Counted from the first letter of the stretch, positions 20,031 to 43,130 are shown. The stretch: DNA of 64,000 nt from the human T2T-CHM13v2.0 reference genome, Homo sapiens (GCF_009914755.1 NC_060933.1), one strand, 5' to 3'. The notes: a model not told the origin generated them from the letters alone. Translations and numbers: made by a program.

Positions 20031-20429
20031 GGGATTCTTGGCCTCTTTTTTTCCTCCCTTCCCCTTATCTTATCCTCTGTAAGAAATTTAAAAGAAAGAA
20101 AGAGATAGAGAGAAGGAAGGAGGGAAAATAGGAGGGAGGGAAGAAGAAAGGAAGGAATGAATGAGGCAGGAAGGGAGAAAAAATGGAAGGAAGAATACCG
20201 GCAGGAATTTGCTCTATAGGATGTAAAATGCAACCACTAAAACTACTAAAAAAAAATACTATCAACAGATACTGCTAAATAAAAACTATTAACAAAGAAC
20301 TGTAATAGCAGAGGCTTTCACTGTGTTTTTAACCTGTTTCATTTTCCTTTTTAATCAGCAATGATAAGGAAACTAAACTGGATTAAGTGCTATCATCTTG
20401 GAGGTGCAAAGGCAAACAAGGAGAAAGAA

Positions 20430-20870
20430 GTGATTGAAGAGCACTTCAGAAAGCTTGGTACATTCAAATCAGCAGGGCTTGATTACTCGCATCCCAGGAC
20501 ACTTAAGGAATTGGCAAATATAATTGCAAGACCACCAGCCTTTATTTTAGAAAATGAAGGTTGGACAGAGGAAGGTCCTGACAAGTAAAATCAGCAGATG
20601 GAGTACCTGTTTTTTAAAAGAGGGAAAAGGACAGCTGTAGTAATTATAGACTATTCAGTTTATCTTGGATACCTGGGAAGATACAAGAGCAAATCATCAA
20701 ACAATCAATTTGCAACCACCTAGAAGAGTACAAGCTACTGGGTCGTAATCAACGTGATTTTGTGAAGTGCAAATTATGCCACACCAATTTAATTTTATCT
20801 ATGATAGAGTGATGAGCCTGGCAGAAGAGGGGAAAGCAATATCTACAACTGGACTTCAATAAGGTTTTTA
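20430..20870 (+). mobile_element. CR1/L3 LINE ORF2 reverse-transcriptase fragment (disrupted)
   Basis: Translates KLGTFKSAGLDYSHPRTLKELANIIA..., then NYRLFSLSWIPGKIQEQIIKQSICNHLEE...NQRDFVKCKLCHTNLI. This matches the CR1 RT pattern KSPGPDGIHPRVLKELA / NYRPVSLTSIPGK / QHGFVKNKSCQTNLI. Confidence 0.88.
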
Positions 20871-21023
20871 ATTTTCATTTTTTTATTTAAAATATTCCAT
20901 TTCCTGGCTTTTTCAGCATCAATCTTCTGAGAGGATGCTACTTGAACAGCAGTTGGGTAGGCATGATTCTGGGTAAAACCCTCAAAATGGTAAAAACAAG
21001 GATTCTACTCCAGGTTGACATAG

Positions 21024-21390
<367 letters not shown>

Positions 21391-21419
21391 ATTGTTATTA
21401 TTATTTTAATCAATTGATG

Positions 21420-22950
21420 TAGACAAAGATGACAGTAGTGAGGTGAAGATGGCATTCTCCATCACTGATGAGAAATATGACAGAAAATAGAAGATGTAAA
21501 AACTCATTTAAGGGGTCCAACAGCTAAGTAATATGAGATCCAGAAGTGGAGAACAGACAAAACGGTATAAGGGACATTACTCGAGAAATTATATAAGAAA
21601 ATTTCCGAGAAAAGGACACATTTTTACATTAAAATAACCCTCTAAGTGCCAACTGTGATAAATGGGGAAGATAACCCACTTGGACATAATTTTGTAAAAT
21701 TTTAGAACTCTAAGAATAAACAAAATTTTTGAAAGCTTTGAGAAGGAAAAATTAGGCCACCTATAGAGGAATGTAAATTGAACAGCCAAATTCTCATTAA
21801 CATCTCTGGCTGCTGGAAAATAATAGAGTAGTCCTTTCAGTTCTGGGAGAAATTAAATTTGAAACTAATTTACATATCCAGCCTACCTATCAATCAACTG
21901 TGAGGGTAGAATGTTGGTGTTTCATACAAACCAGGACTTGTAAAATTTACTTGGAAAGACTCCTTTTTTAAGTTATTTGAGCATGTATTCCAGCAGGATG
22001 AAGAAGTTACCCAAGAAAGATTAAGGCAAGGGATCTTTCTAACACGAGAAAGGAAAGTAGTGTGTGATAAAAAAAAAAAAAAAAAATCATCCGTTTTGAA
22101 GTAGGAGGACAAAGAGTGCCAAAGAGAAGGACTCTGGGACAAAAGAATTGCATGTAGTCCATAGTGTTACTAGGAGAACAACAACAACAAAAGTTTTAGT
22201 ATATGATAAACTATATATTTAGTCAATAAAAAGATAGGCAATTAATAATTCCAGAAAAACAAAAAGCCAGTTGAGTATGTTATGGCCCAATTTAGAAGAA
22301 TAACATATAATTTTCAGTAATTTAGGGAGTGTAAGAAAAAGACTAGTACATGGTGCTAAGACATTTTTCATTGAATATATGAAGGGTATGATAAACATAT
22401 GAAGATATGACACTGCCCTCATAGAAAGGAAAATTGCATTCCTAATATGCTACCTAGTTCAGCAGTGCACAATATTGATGTAGTCTTACTAATGTAATTA
22501 CTTTTTGTTGTTGTTGTTTTAACTACAGTCACCATCCTGTATATTAGATCTCTAGAATGTATTCATCTTCTAAGTTAAAGTTCATCCTTTACAGTCAACT
22601 TAAGGACAAAGAAAGGAAGATCTTGATTATTTTGCAAAAAAAGGCAAGCATTATTCTTCATAATATAAAAGTATAGCTGACAAAAGGTGGGAAGTGGAAA
22701 GAAGGAAATATGAAGAGAAGGATAGTATCATAGATACCTGCAACTTCTATAATCTGAAGTCAGGATACTGACTCAAGTTTTTGGAATGAAAAATTGATGT
22801 GTAGCATACTATTTTAAGTTAAAGGGTAACCACAACAAAACTTAAAAATAATGACATAACTACCTAACACTGAAGGAATTGGGAGGAAGAAGAAAACATA
22901 AATGAGCTAAATTCTTATCTTTTATACCTGGAGGCCATTAGATAACCAAG
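21420..22950 (+). mobile_element. Ancient L1M/HAL1 ORF1-region remnant
   Basis: A-rich degenerate sequence with gaaaatttcc..gaa and tttacatatccagcc..ctatcaatcaa motifs reminiscent of old L1 ORF1. Confidence 0.45.
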
Positions 22951-23459
22951 AAATTGGAAAGAAGAGTGATTTTTTCCAAACACTTCATATATTCAAAGCA
23001 TGCATAATTCATGAGTAGTTTTTTTATAGGCAGATCTGTATGGTCATGGGGGTATAATCTCAGAGCACAGGTGCAGACAATCTCTGTAGCATAAGGACAC
23101 ATTGTGTTACGAATGATCTTGCAGCCATAGCATTTTTTCCATTTCATTATCCATGCCCAGTTATAAGATTGTATTTGCAAACTTAAAGTTGTATTTGCTT
23201 TAATACTCTCTTAAATTTTCCCGGAATTATCTTTGATATTTCACAGAGTACTGTCTCCAAAATTTAATAGCTTGGTACATGGCCATGTGGCCTTTATCTA
23301 GTGTTTTATTGTCTCTGACTTCTGTTCCAAAAGAATATATTTTCAAGATTGGGTTATTGTTCTCACTGAATTAAATGCTCACTGGAACTTGCTCCTTAGA
23401 TGACCTTGTTATAGAATAAAAACTATTTATAAATTGTAACTCTAAAAATTAAAATAATA

Positions 23460-23970
<511 letters not shown>

Positions 23971-24019
23971 AATTAATTAATTAATTTAAAATTACAATTG
24001 AAATTAAAATAACAACATC

Positions 24020-24328
<309 letters not shown>

Positions 24329-24728
24329 AGTTAACAACATAAAAGTCCATTGAACCACTTCTAGATTTAAATTTACATAACTTTTCAATAATAGCATGGT
24401 CTACAACCCACTGTTAAATGATGGCAGGTGCAAGTAAAACCTCATTGTAACTCAGTAAGTAGGGTCTACAATATTCAATTCCATAACATGTGATGCCAAT
24501 TTAGTACAAAGTTAATAAAATGACTAAGATGATCCTGCTGCAAAAGGACAGGAGCCAATCACCAAACTCGTCATATCCAAATTCATGTTATCAAAGAGGA
24601 CATAATTACAAGTTCCATTGTACTTCTGATTACCAGCTAAAGTGGCATGCCACATAGCCACAAAGATTAAGACAGTTGCCATTCTTACTGCCTCTTAGCT
24701 TTGAAATTGTGCAGCTTTTAAAAAATAA

Positions 24729-26562
<1,834 letters not shown>

Positions 26563-26683
26563 CTTGTTATTCCAACTTATGTAAAATATGAGCATATCAT
26601 AAAAGAGCAGTATTTATTTTAAAAGTTTTGGGTGAGAGAGCCTCTTTACAACTAGAAAACTAAAAGCAGAAATGTTTAAGAGA

Positions 26684-28672
<1,989 letters not shown>

Positions 28673-28681
28673 AAAAATGTA

Positions 28682-29303
<622 letters not shown>

Positions 29304-30096
29304 TCAACATCCTTTAATGTAAGCCACCTCTTGAACACACAATAGCTAAGAAAATCTGTTAAGTTTTAAAATTCATGACAATGACTGGTTTCTTAATTAT
29401 GTAGGGAGAAACATTTTGAGACTGTCTCTGTATCTTGTTTTGGTGGTGATCATTTTTTTTCATTCCCATGACTGCAGGAATATTGATCTCAGCGTTACTT
29501 TGACCATTAATGAATTATGATGGCAATAAGCAAAGATTCGCACCTCTAGCCTCCGGGGAGCTTAATCTTCTGCTACAACATTTGCATTTGTAAGTCAGCA
29601 CCTGTGTAATCTATATTCTATTTGTTATTCTCCTTTAATTACATATTGGTAGTGGTCCATTTGCAGGCTGGGAGCAACCAACTGGAGCATCAAAAAGATT
29701 ATTAAAATATTGACTTCAAATTAAAAGGCCAAAAAGGGAACAAGACAGGGTTTGTTTCTACCCAGTCCGTTATGATGGTTCAGGAACAATTATTTCCTTT
29801 CATCTCATGAAAAGTTTCAAGAATTGTGCAAGGAACTCCCATATGCCCTTTACATTCATTCATTATTTATATCTTGCCCCACTTGCTGTCTTGCTTTGTA
29901 TTATCTATGTAAGCCATAGTTCAAATGTAAATTCAGATTTTCTCAATTGTTCCAATGATGTCCCAATAATTGATTATAAACTAATTTTTTCCCCAGGTTA
30001 GGATCCAGTCTAGGATCATGCCTTGTACTGAGTTCCTATGTCTCCTTTGTTTCCTCTAATATGGAGAAATTTCTCTGCCTTTCTTAGTTTTCTTAA

Positions 30097-30474
<378 letters not shown>

Positions 30475-30657
30475 GTTGACCTTGATATTTTTTGCCTGGT
30501 CATGTGTAGCTCTTTTTGGAATAAGAAAAGTATTGTTATTTTATACAAAAATGGAGTGTCTTTGGTTTAGTAAATTGGTAATGTGGCATAAAAATATCTT
30601 AGAGGGGGATGAGTTATTCATCATTCGGTTCTAGATATTTTCTAATTTCTTTTGTGA

Positions 30658-31488
<831 letters not shown>

Positions 31489-31499
31489 CTGTATTTCTT

Positions 31500-32027
31500 T
31501 TACAAGTGATGTTTTAGCATAATTCTGTGAAGCCCAGGGAACAGATTCTGTATGATTTCAGTAATGTGATAGTTCAGACTTGCTTTGTTGTCCAGCATAC
31601 ATCAATTTCATAAATGTTCCAAATACACTTGAAAAGGAAATGTTTTCTGTGGTTGTTGGTGGGAGTGTTCCTCTTGTCAATTGTGTCAAGTTTATTAACC
31701 TTGTTCAAGCCTTCTGTATTGTTAATGATTTTCTTATTTTTTGCTTGTTTTGAGTGTTTGCTTATTCTATCATTTATTGAGAGAGGGGTGTTAAAATCTC
31801 TCACTGAAAGTATGACTTCATTTCTTTCTTCAGTTTTTGCTATAAATATTTTGAGGCTAGGTTATTAGGATGAATTCAAATTTAGAATTCTTATATCTTC
31901 TGGTAAACTTAACCTTTTTCTCATAATAAAGTTTTCCTATTTATCTCTAGCGATACTTTCTGCTGTAACCACTAATTTAATATTAATATAGCTATACCTT
32001 CTTTCTTCTGGTTAATGCTTGCATCCG

Positions 32028-32030
<3 letters not shown>
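31500..32030 (-). mobile_element. Old L1M ORF2 (endonuclease-region) fragment
   Basis: Minus-strand ORF begins RDFNTPLS; tctatcatttattgagagaggggtgttaaaatctc. Confidence 0.75.
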
Positions 32031-32745
<715 letters not shown>

Positions 32746-32928
32746 TCCTTAATTTTTTAATGTTTCCTTTACATATATTTTCTCTGATTTTTAAAAATTA
32801 AATTATAGACATTGTGAATATTCAAACAAACATATCTCCAAAAATAATTCCTTAATATCATCTAACACCGAGCCCACACTCAGCTAACTCCAGTTGTTTA
32901 TAACGTGACTTTTAGAACTGTGTGTGTT

Positions 32929-33231
32929 GGCCAGTCGCGATGGCTTGTGCCTGTAATCCCAGCACTTTGGGAGGCCGAGGAGGGCAGATCACGAGGTCAG
33001 GAGTTCGAGATCAGCCTGGCCAATATGGTGACACTCCATCTCTACTAAAAATACAAAAATTAGCCGGGCATGGTGGTGCACGCCTGTAGTCCCAACTATT
33101 CCGGAGGCTGAGGCGGAGAATTGCTTGAACTTGGAAAGTGGAGGTTACAGTGAGCCAAGATCATGCCACTACACTCCAGCCTGGGCAACAGAGTGAGACT
33201 CCATCTCAAAAAAAAAGAAAGAAAGAAAAAA
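32929..33231 (+). mobile_element. AluS
   Basis: TSD agaactgtgtgtgt. Confidence 0.95.
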
Positions 33232-33624
33232 GAACTGTGTGTGTCATTGCATTTAACTGTATGGCTCTTAGTCTTTTAAAATCTAAAATAAGCTAACTTA
33301 ATTGATAAATTGTTATGTCAGGAGTGACCATAGGAAATGAAACAGATATTTTAAAAATCACTCTTAAAAATACATAAGGAATATATTCAGTACATCCCCT
33401 TTATAAGAAAAATCAGAAAGGTAGAGAATGTAGAAATAAGAAAATAAATATTTTTATGGCTTTTACCAATTGTGAGCATGACTACCTTCCTGATACATTT
33501 ATCTCTGTCTAGCTCCTTATCTGTCAATACTTTTACAAGGTGAGACCATTCTGTATGTAATTCTACCTTTACTGTAGGCAGTTTTATATCTTGCTTTGTA
33601 TCTTTAAAATTAATATGATTATAA

Positions 33625-34427
<803 letters not shown>

Positions 34428-34534
34428 CAATGAAATTTCTTAATGCAAAGGTTTAACCTCTTTTAAAGCTTTCTAGAAAAGTGTTCCAAACTTTTAAAAT
34501 TCCAGTGAGCTAAAGTTTACTACATTGAGATTAA

Positions 34535-35035
34535 TGTCCTCGTCATAGCAGACACAGCCTGTGAGGCTTCACAGATACTTGTTTTGGACACCTGTTGTGG
34601 AAGCTGAAGATGCCAGATACTTTCCCAGGATCTCTTGAAGTGGGGGCACTGCCCTGCGACCTGGGATAGACCAACCCAATTGGCTCCCTCCAGACTGCGG
34701 CAGAGGCTGTTTAAACCAAGAAGTACAGTTGAGAATCCCTTTGGGGGATGCCTGTAGTGGCAGGAGCTGAGGGGTGCTGCATCTGATGTACAGAGCTGAG
34801 GTGGTGGCCATGAGGTCCAGCACTCAGTGCTGGTGGCAGCAGTGTCCTCACCAGTAAGGACTTAGGTATGATTTTGGCTCTGGCTGTGGCTGATTCTAGT
34901 TTTTCTTCTTCTTGCCCATTTACTGAGCCTGGTTGTCTAGCCTTTCCTGATCTTCTAAGTCCCAGTATCCTTCAATAAATTACTTTTCTATTAAAACTAG
35001 TCAGTTTGATTCTATTGCTTGCAAAGAAGAATTTG
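34535..35035 (+). mobile_element. Old ERVL-type LTR (LTR16/33/67-like)
   Basis: 3' end caataaattactttt...aactagtcag...tctattgcttgcaa. Confidence 0.55.
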
Positions 35036-35242
35036 ATGAATCTTCTATACAGGGATTCTTCTTCTGTGTAGCAAGGCCCATTTCAAATAGTAGGAGAATT
35101 GGCATGCTGAGGGGGTGCCAGGGTGATAGAGAGAGCTCAACGTGGTCACGTGTCAGGGCTGGGAGTTGGAAGAGCCCAGGTCAGTGAACTGGGACAATAT
35201 TGGAATCTGAAGGTAAAAATAGCTTCTTAAGAAGTTAACATC

Positions 35243-35962
<720 letters not shown>

Positions 35963-36686
35963 TTAAGCCTCTGAATGGACAAGAAGCCAGGCAGCCTAGG
36001 TTGAGATGGGTGTTGGGTCTGAGACTATACATGGGCAGGGGACAGTGGTAGACAGAGCTATGCAGACTTGGAGTGGAAGCCAACAACCACCAGGGAAGGC
36101 CATGGCAACCACTTAGGAATTTCTTTTTGGCCATTTCTTCAGAACCAGTTTCCAAGTAATATGACAAAAGCAGCCTCATAATGTTAAGAGGTAAATTTTG
36201 TTTCTGACCAAAAACAGTATTACTCAGTTTGATATCTTTCCCGTAGGGATGGGCTTTGATAAATTTAGGCCATTTCAAAAATCCAGAAAACCAAGTCTGT
36301 AACCACTAGGGACATTCAGAAGAACATCGCCAGCTCTAAAGGCGATCTTTAGAATAGCTATTTATTTAGGCTTTGTGTGTTTCCAAAGTTAACCAGTGTT
36401 TCACATCAGCTATCTTCTCTAACCCTCTCAACAACCCTGAAAGGTAGGTATTAGTACCCCCATTTCATGGATGAAAGAACAGGCTGAGAAATTAATTATC
36501 AGATTAGATTGTAAATGAGTGGTAAAGCAAGAATTCAAACCCAGATCTGGTTCGCTTTTTCTGTAGGCAGTGTTTAAGGAGGATCCAGGAATACTTTAAG
36601 TGACGCCAGCGTTAGTGTTGCCTCCTCAGAAGACTGCTTTCAGGGGAACAGTATACATCTGCCCTGTAAATTCTGGATGGTAAATA

Positions 36687-37146
36687 TGACAAAAACTCTC
36701 TCCTTGACCCAGCTCTAGTGAGACTGCTCTAAGCCCTCTTCTCAACATGGCTCAACCTTGGGCTTCAGTGTACATTTTGTTGGGCCTGCATTGCTCAGTT
36801 TTAGCAAGAGTCCAGTTAAGTGAAAGAGAATCTCACAGCTTTGATATCAGATTCTTCCATATCTAAACAAATTCCTCATCCCCTACCTTCAATATCTGAT
36901 CACTCTGCCCTGTTTGCACCAAGAATCTACCCTCACCCTTGATGTCTCCTCTTAATAATTTTCCATCCACCAATCTCTCCCCACTCTTCAAACCTGCTCC
37001 TTGGCTATAAGTCCCTACCCCTTCTTGTCTTATTTGCAATAGAGCTCAGTTCTACACTGGGGTCTCTTTTTCCTGATTGCAATAGTTCCTGAATAAAATC
37101 TGTTTTTACCACTTTATCCACTGTCTAGCTCTGGTTTTCTTTACCA
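36687..37146 (+). mobile_element. ERV1 solo LTR (MER31/MER67-like)
   Basis: TG...CA; tgacaaaaactctctccttgacc start, ctataa TATA-like at ~37005, AATAAA at ~37092. Confidence 0.7.
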
Positions 37147-38739
37147 GAAGTCACAGTTAACACATGCGAAAACCCATTTGCAAAACAAATCCACAGGACT
37201 CGGTCCATGTGCTGTGAAGTCTTTGATTAAGGGCTTAAAAACAATGAAAAGTAATAAACGGATGTGAATACAATTCAGGCAATAAAACACTTTCATTGGT
37301 TTTCATACTCAGCAAAAGTATTTTTACTGATTAAAAGATAAATAATCCTCACTCTACTAACTCAATGACACATTGAAACATTAGCCTAACTTGTGCAACT
37401 TTCAGTGAAGCTACTCTCTTTGCGTAGGCATAGCCCTTTCTGCCAAGGTACAGGAGAGCAAACCCACGCATGAATTCCGTTCATCTCAGGGCATTTCTTT
37501 CTGTAGTTCTTAATGTGTCTTTGTGAAGGGACGCACACTCACAACAGCTGAAAATCTAACCCTCTAGATTTCATTTAGCTAACATCAGGCCAGTCTTCGG
37601 ACTGAAGCTAATGCCCACATATAGGAGGAAGGGAGAGGAATCACTAATTGCAACCCTTTTAGACTTCCTCCATGATGAAGCAGAGGGGAGGACTATTGTT
37701 TGGGAGATGTGTGTGGGAGGTGAAGATTTCAGATTTTCTTTAAAATAATAATTGACTGCACAGGCAGCAGCAGAGCTGGCCTGTCCATTGTGGGATTGTC
37801 TCTGTGTTGGTATGAGGTCTGGCCAAGTTGGGGGCCTCAGCAGGGGATTGCTCAGTTGATCAAGTCTTAATTTGTCTTTTCCACCTTGGGTGGTGCTGTC
37901 TGTCCTTTTCATCTCCCAATCACCGACATGGTGGGAGATGTTGAGGGCAGTGCTGTGTTATCTTAAGGTTTCCTTCAAGAAAGCAAAACCAAACAAACAA
38001 GCAAACACTTTTTGCTTCCCAACTGTGCCCTCCTAGGGGAGATTCAAAGGCTCTTCTGAACCAGACAGGTGCTGATGTCTCTGCTGCCATTTGGATGTGG
38101 GTTTGGTGAAGGTGGCAGGAGTGAAGGGAAAGCAGAGGGAAGAGTTAGGCAGAGGGATCTTGATTGCCATTTCTTCCTGCTGCAGTCGCTTCAGACGGTT
38201 CAGCTTCCAGCCAGACAGTTCCTAATGGACCTGCACAGCATGCAAAAAAACCCTCCTTTGTAAAAATAACTTCTTTGATTTCTCCCAGCCTTGGGCCCTG
38301 TTTAGTTAGGGGCAATGACCGGGAGGCAAGTCATTTCGGGCCTTGCTGGTAGAGTGAGGGGGAGATCGCCCATGGCTTCCCCAGCTGTACTGCCTGTGGA
38401 GCAAAGGGTTCAGAAGCAGAGCATTTTTAAAAATATAATAATAAAAAAAAATGAAAGAAAGAAGCCCTCTTTGAAAATCCTTACTGTTTCCCACTATCTC
38501 CTACAGCGATTGCCCTTTCATTAGTGTGGAAATCCAACAATGTGGAAATCGAGTGTTTTTTTTTTTTTTTTGCTTTGATATCAGCCTAACCCTTGAGGCT
38601 AAACTTGTGGTAAGCCACCTATCCATGTTAGCTAAAATAAAGTTGTAGCTGGAATCACCACCTAGTCCTTTAGCAGTTGTACATTTTCATGTTTATCCTT
38701 TGAGGAGTGAGACAATAACCACATATTGTTTTATTATTC

Positions 38740-39260
38740 AGGATCCCCTGGGTTGCTGGCAACTGAAACCCAAATTGAATTTGTTTAAGAATAAAGGAGG
38801 AATTTATTGGGAAAATATTGGGATATTTTAAGTAACTGAAGGCGGGGTTAAGAGGTCAATCTATGAGAAAGACAAGGAACTAGCCAGAAATTTAACAATA
38901 AAATGAAATAAAACTGGAACCAGGACTCCAAGTGCTCCCTGGATTCCTTCTCTCTCTGTCTGCAGCTCTATCCCTCCTGGTATCCAGGGCTTTCTCTCTC
39001 ATTGTAGATCTGAGTCTTACATACTGTGGGTTAAAACACCAACGAGAACCTGATTTTGTTTCTTAATTCTAGATAGAAAAGTCTTGGGGAAGGCTCTGAC
39101 TGTGCTGGCTTCAGGCAGGGGCCCCAGCCAGGTCCAGGCAACTCTAGTTAGTGGAGGTGGGGTCATGTAAGAACATGGCCACACTCCCCGCATCCCCTGA
39201 ACCACATGTTTAGAGGGCGGAAAGGAGCAATTCCAAACAGGGAGCTGCTTTCTTGGAAGG
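38740..39260 (-). mobile_element. Old MLT1-like LTR remnant
   Basis: ggttgc..gcaactgaaaccc...aggaatttattgg...gggaaggctctgactgtgc. Confidence 0.5.
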
Positions 39261-41807
39261 AAGGATGGGTTCTAATCAAAGCAAGCAGCAGTCATTTACT
39301 AAACATACATAACATACTTGCATATGGACTTGAGAAATGTTTCTTAGGGATTTTTGCCATCTTGGTAATAATCAGAGTCTTGGTAAAAGTCAGAAATCAA
39401 AAACCTAATCAGATGCATCTATATGGCAAAAACTATAAGATTCTTTCATTTGTTTGTTTTTAACTCGAAACACCAAAGATGACAGAAGATATTGAGAATG
39501 GCTGGACCCACACTCTAAAGCAAACTAAATACACAGCAGTTACACTCATATTTATATGTACCATAGCGTACGGGACTTCAATGAGTTCTTATATTCACCT
39601 CAGTTTCTCCTCCCTAAGGAAGCAGTGACCACTGCGGATTGACGCAGCTAAGGGGGTTTTCTAGGCTTACTTGGATTGGATTCTCTTTGGCATGCTCACT
39701 GTTGTTTTTTTCTTGCTTGATTTGGTCTGAGCTGAGATGTCCACTCTTTACTGGAGGACTGTCATGTTGGAGACTTGCCTCTGCTAGCTCACTGGACGGG
39801 CTGTGCTCACTGTGGCCTCCTTACCTGGATGAGTCAGTCAGCACGCTCTCAAAGGGTCCTATCTCTTTCTGCATGGGTGGCTATCTCTGCAAGGGCTGTG
39901 ATGGTGGGTAAAATGTCCAAAGACCCATAGGCAGCATGAAATGCACCAATGTCCATTTACTCAACTCAGTGGTATCTGACATAAGACCACAGAACACACC
40001 TTCTCTCCACCACCCATCTTGCTTGACCCTACTTGCTGGTAGTATGTTGCCAGCAACCTGGATATTATTGTTAATTAATTCATGCCTAACATGCAGTGGC
40101 TTATACTGGGTATTATTGAATGTCTAAGAATAGGCACAGAGCCTGAAATTGAGAAGTGAAAACTGCAAAATGGCTGGGTGGAAAAAATGATGGGACATGG
40201 AGCAGGCCTTTTGGTATTTTCCCTGTAGTTATCTTTTACAGGTTAAATAAGATTAATATTCATGGTGAACCAAGAGCAATTAGCTACTTTGCATGTGTTA
40301 CTGCTTCTTAGCCTATTCTAAACTCTGTTTTATGAATTTATTTTAAAGGACTTTGCCTTGATTAGGGCCATTCGTATAAGACCTTGTACTTTGCATATTT
40401 GCAATCATGTTTGCATGTTTGCATTTCTAAAGTTTTGAATTTCAAATCAGGCAACGAGTTTCAGCAAATATACTTCATGTACACATGACCGTAATCAGGG
40501 CGTGAGACTATACTACAATAAAATCCCAAAATGGCTTCTAGGAATAAAAGATTTTATGTTTTCTATTTATAATAAAAATTTGGGGTGAGGGTTGGCTTTA
40601 TTTTAAAAACAGAATAATTCTGTATGTAATTTAAATGCAAAATTGCGAACTAGTATTTTTCTAATTGTATTCAAAATCTGAACCCCCTAATGGGGGCAAG
40701 GGAAGGTTGGAATATTCTTATCCATAATGATGACTGAACAATAGGCCTTTCCCCTTTTCTTTCCTCTGCTTCCCTGGGACAGCAGCGCCCACTGTCACGC
40801 ACGTATCACTTACTCTCATACTGTTTTCCAGGATACTTGGCCAAGGCATCTTCTAACATGTTATAAGATGATTTCAGAAATAATTTTTATCAGATCATAG
40901 TTAATCTTTCTAACAGATCTATGAGGTAAACATCCCAGGCCCACTCGCTACAAATGTCAGGGCTGCGATTTTTAGCCAGATTTTTTTGACTTTTAATCAA
41001 GGACCTTTTTCACTTCATTTATATTTCTCAAATTAAAGTCTGAAGATCCTTGAAAGTCTTCAGTCGTATTCTGAAGGGGCCTTGAGTTCTCTGTGAGAAT
41101 TCAATTTTGTATTTTCATTTTGATGCTAATAATCAGTGAAGATCAACATATTTTGGTTCATTTGGATGATCAACTTAACGGAGAGCTTCCACATACTTTC
41201 AGGGCCTGCATTTTTATCTGTGTTTAAGATTTTCTTGGTGACAGGGAGTGACAGTTTCTTTGTCATTGAAAAATCATTGTAAATAATTTTTAAAAAAGCA
41301 AAACACACAGACATGTGAATGTTGTGTTCTCACCAAGTGAAGGTCCGATGACCTCATCACAGGATGTACAAAGGAAGGTTCTGCATAACGTAAATAGAGA
41401 CAAGCAGTGGAAGCATTGAGTCACTGCAAAGCATGAGGCCGGCAGGCTGAACTCAGGAGAGCCTGGGCAGGGAGCACCACTTTCATGCCGTTGAGGGGAG
41501 TGACCATTCTGTATTTGTTCCATTAAATTAAAAGTATTCATTTGAATCGTATGACTTTCCTACATTTGTTCACCTATAAGTTTGTTTTGGTTTTATTGTG
41601 GCATGAAGTCTATATGAAAACATTCTTTGTATCTAGTTTTAAGTTTACATATATTAAAAATAACATTTTAATAAAAATCACTTAGGGATGACATCAGAGG
41701 TCCATGAGAATGTCTTTCCCTTAAAGACGGTCACACATTATTCCATCAGCACTCCATCATAGGCTAAGTTTCCAAAGAAGTTTTAGGAAAGAGGAAAGTA
41801 TATTTGA

Positions 41808-42134
<327 letters not shown>

Positions 42135-42179
42135 CATGTTTGAGTTTTATGCAATTTATGTTGGTGACTTGTTAACAGC

Positions 42180-43130
42180 ACCAGAGGCCCTACCTTCAAA
42201 ATATATCGAGTCCAGTTGCTTTTACTCCCTCTATTCTTAGTGCCTGGTCTAGTCACCATTTCTCAGCTGCCTAGATGACAGCCACAGCTCCCAGCTCCTG
42301 CCAACCCCTCTGTCCATTCTCAACCTACAACCAGAGGGAGGCTGCTCAAGCCTGAGCCTGATCCTGTGACTCCTCTTCTTCCCACCTGCTAAATGGCTCC
42401 CCTCCCTCTCAGAGTGACTGCCAAAGGCCCCCTTACCAGCAGGCCCTGCACTAGCCCCTGTGCCGCTCCAGCGTCTCCACGGCTCCCACTGTGCTCCCAC
42501 CACTGCAGCCCCACTGACCCCTCCTTGCTCCTGGAACACACCAGGCCTACTCCTGCCTCGGGACCTTTGCACTTCCTTTCCCACTGCTTGGGAAGCTTTT
42601 CCCCAGATGCCCAGTGGCTGCCTGCCTCCCTTGGCTCAAGTCTTCTCTCAAATCTCATGTTGGCAGTGATGCCTTCCTGACCACTCTGTATAAAACTGTA
42701 AACCCTAGGCTGGGCACGATGGCTCATGCCTGTAATCCCGGCACTTTGGGAGGCTGAAGTGGGCGGATCACCTGAGGTCGGGAGTTTGAGACCAGCCTGA
42801 CCAACATGGAGAAACCCTGTCTCTACTAAAAATACAAAATTAGCTGGGCGTGGTGGCGCATGTCTGTAACCCCAGCTATGTGGGAGGCTGAGGCAAAAGA
42901 ATCGCTTGAACTCAGGAGGCGGAGTTTGTGGTAAGCCGAGATCGTGCCATTGCATTCCAGCCTGGGCAACAAGAGCGAAACTCTGTCTCAAACAAACAAA
43001 CAAACAAAAATTGTGAACCCCACCCCTCCAGTGCTTCCCCCCTCTTTCTCTGCTTCATTTTTCCCACATGACTTATCCTCAAACACACTATTTAATGTAT
43101 TTATGTATTTGATGCAGTAAAGGCAGAAGT
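42180..43130 (+). mobile_element. L2a fragment with an Alu at 42708-43010 (+)
   Basis: ctaccttcaaaatatatc...ctccttgctcctggaacacaccagg...cctgcctcgggacctttgcac. Confidence 0.8.

Noticed and set aside
20361-20588. 75-aa ATG ORF as a novel gene
   Set aside because: It is the CR1/L3 RT fossil; stop codons and frameshifts follow.
42389-43003. Longest ORF (204 aa)
   Set aside because: Antisense Alu translation fused to antisense L2; non-ATG start, no domain.
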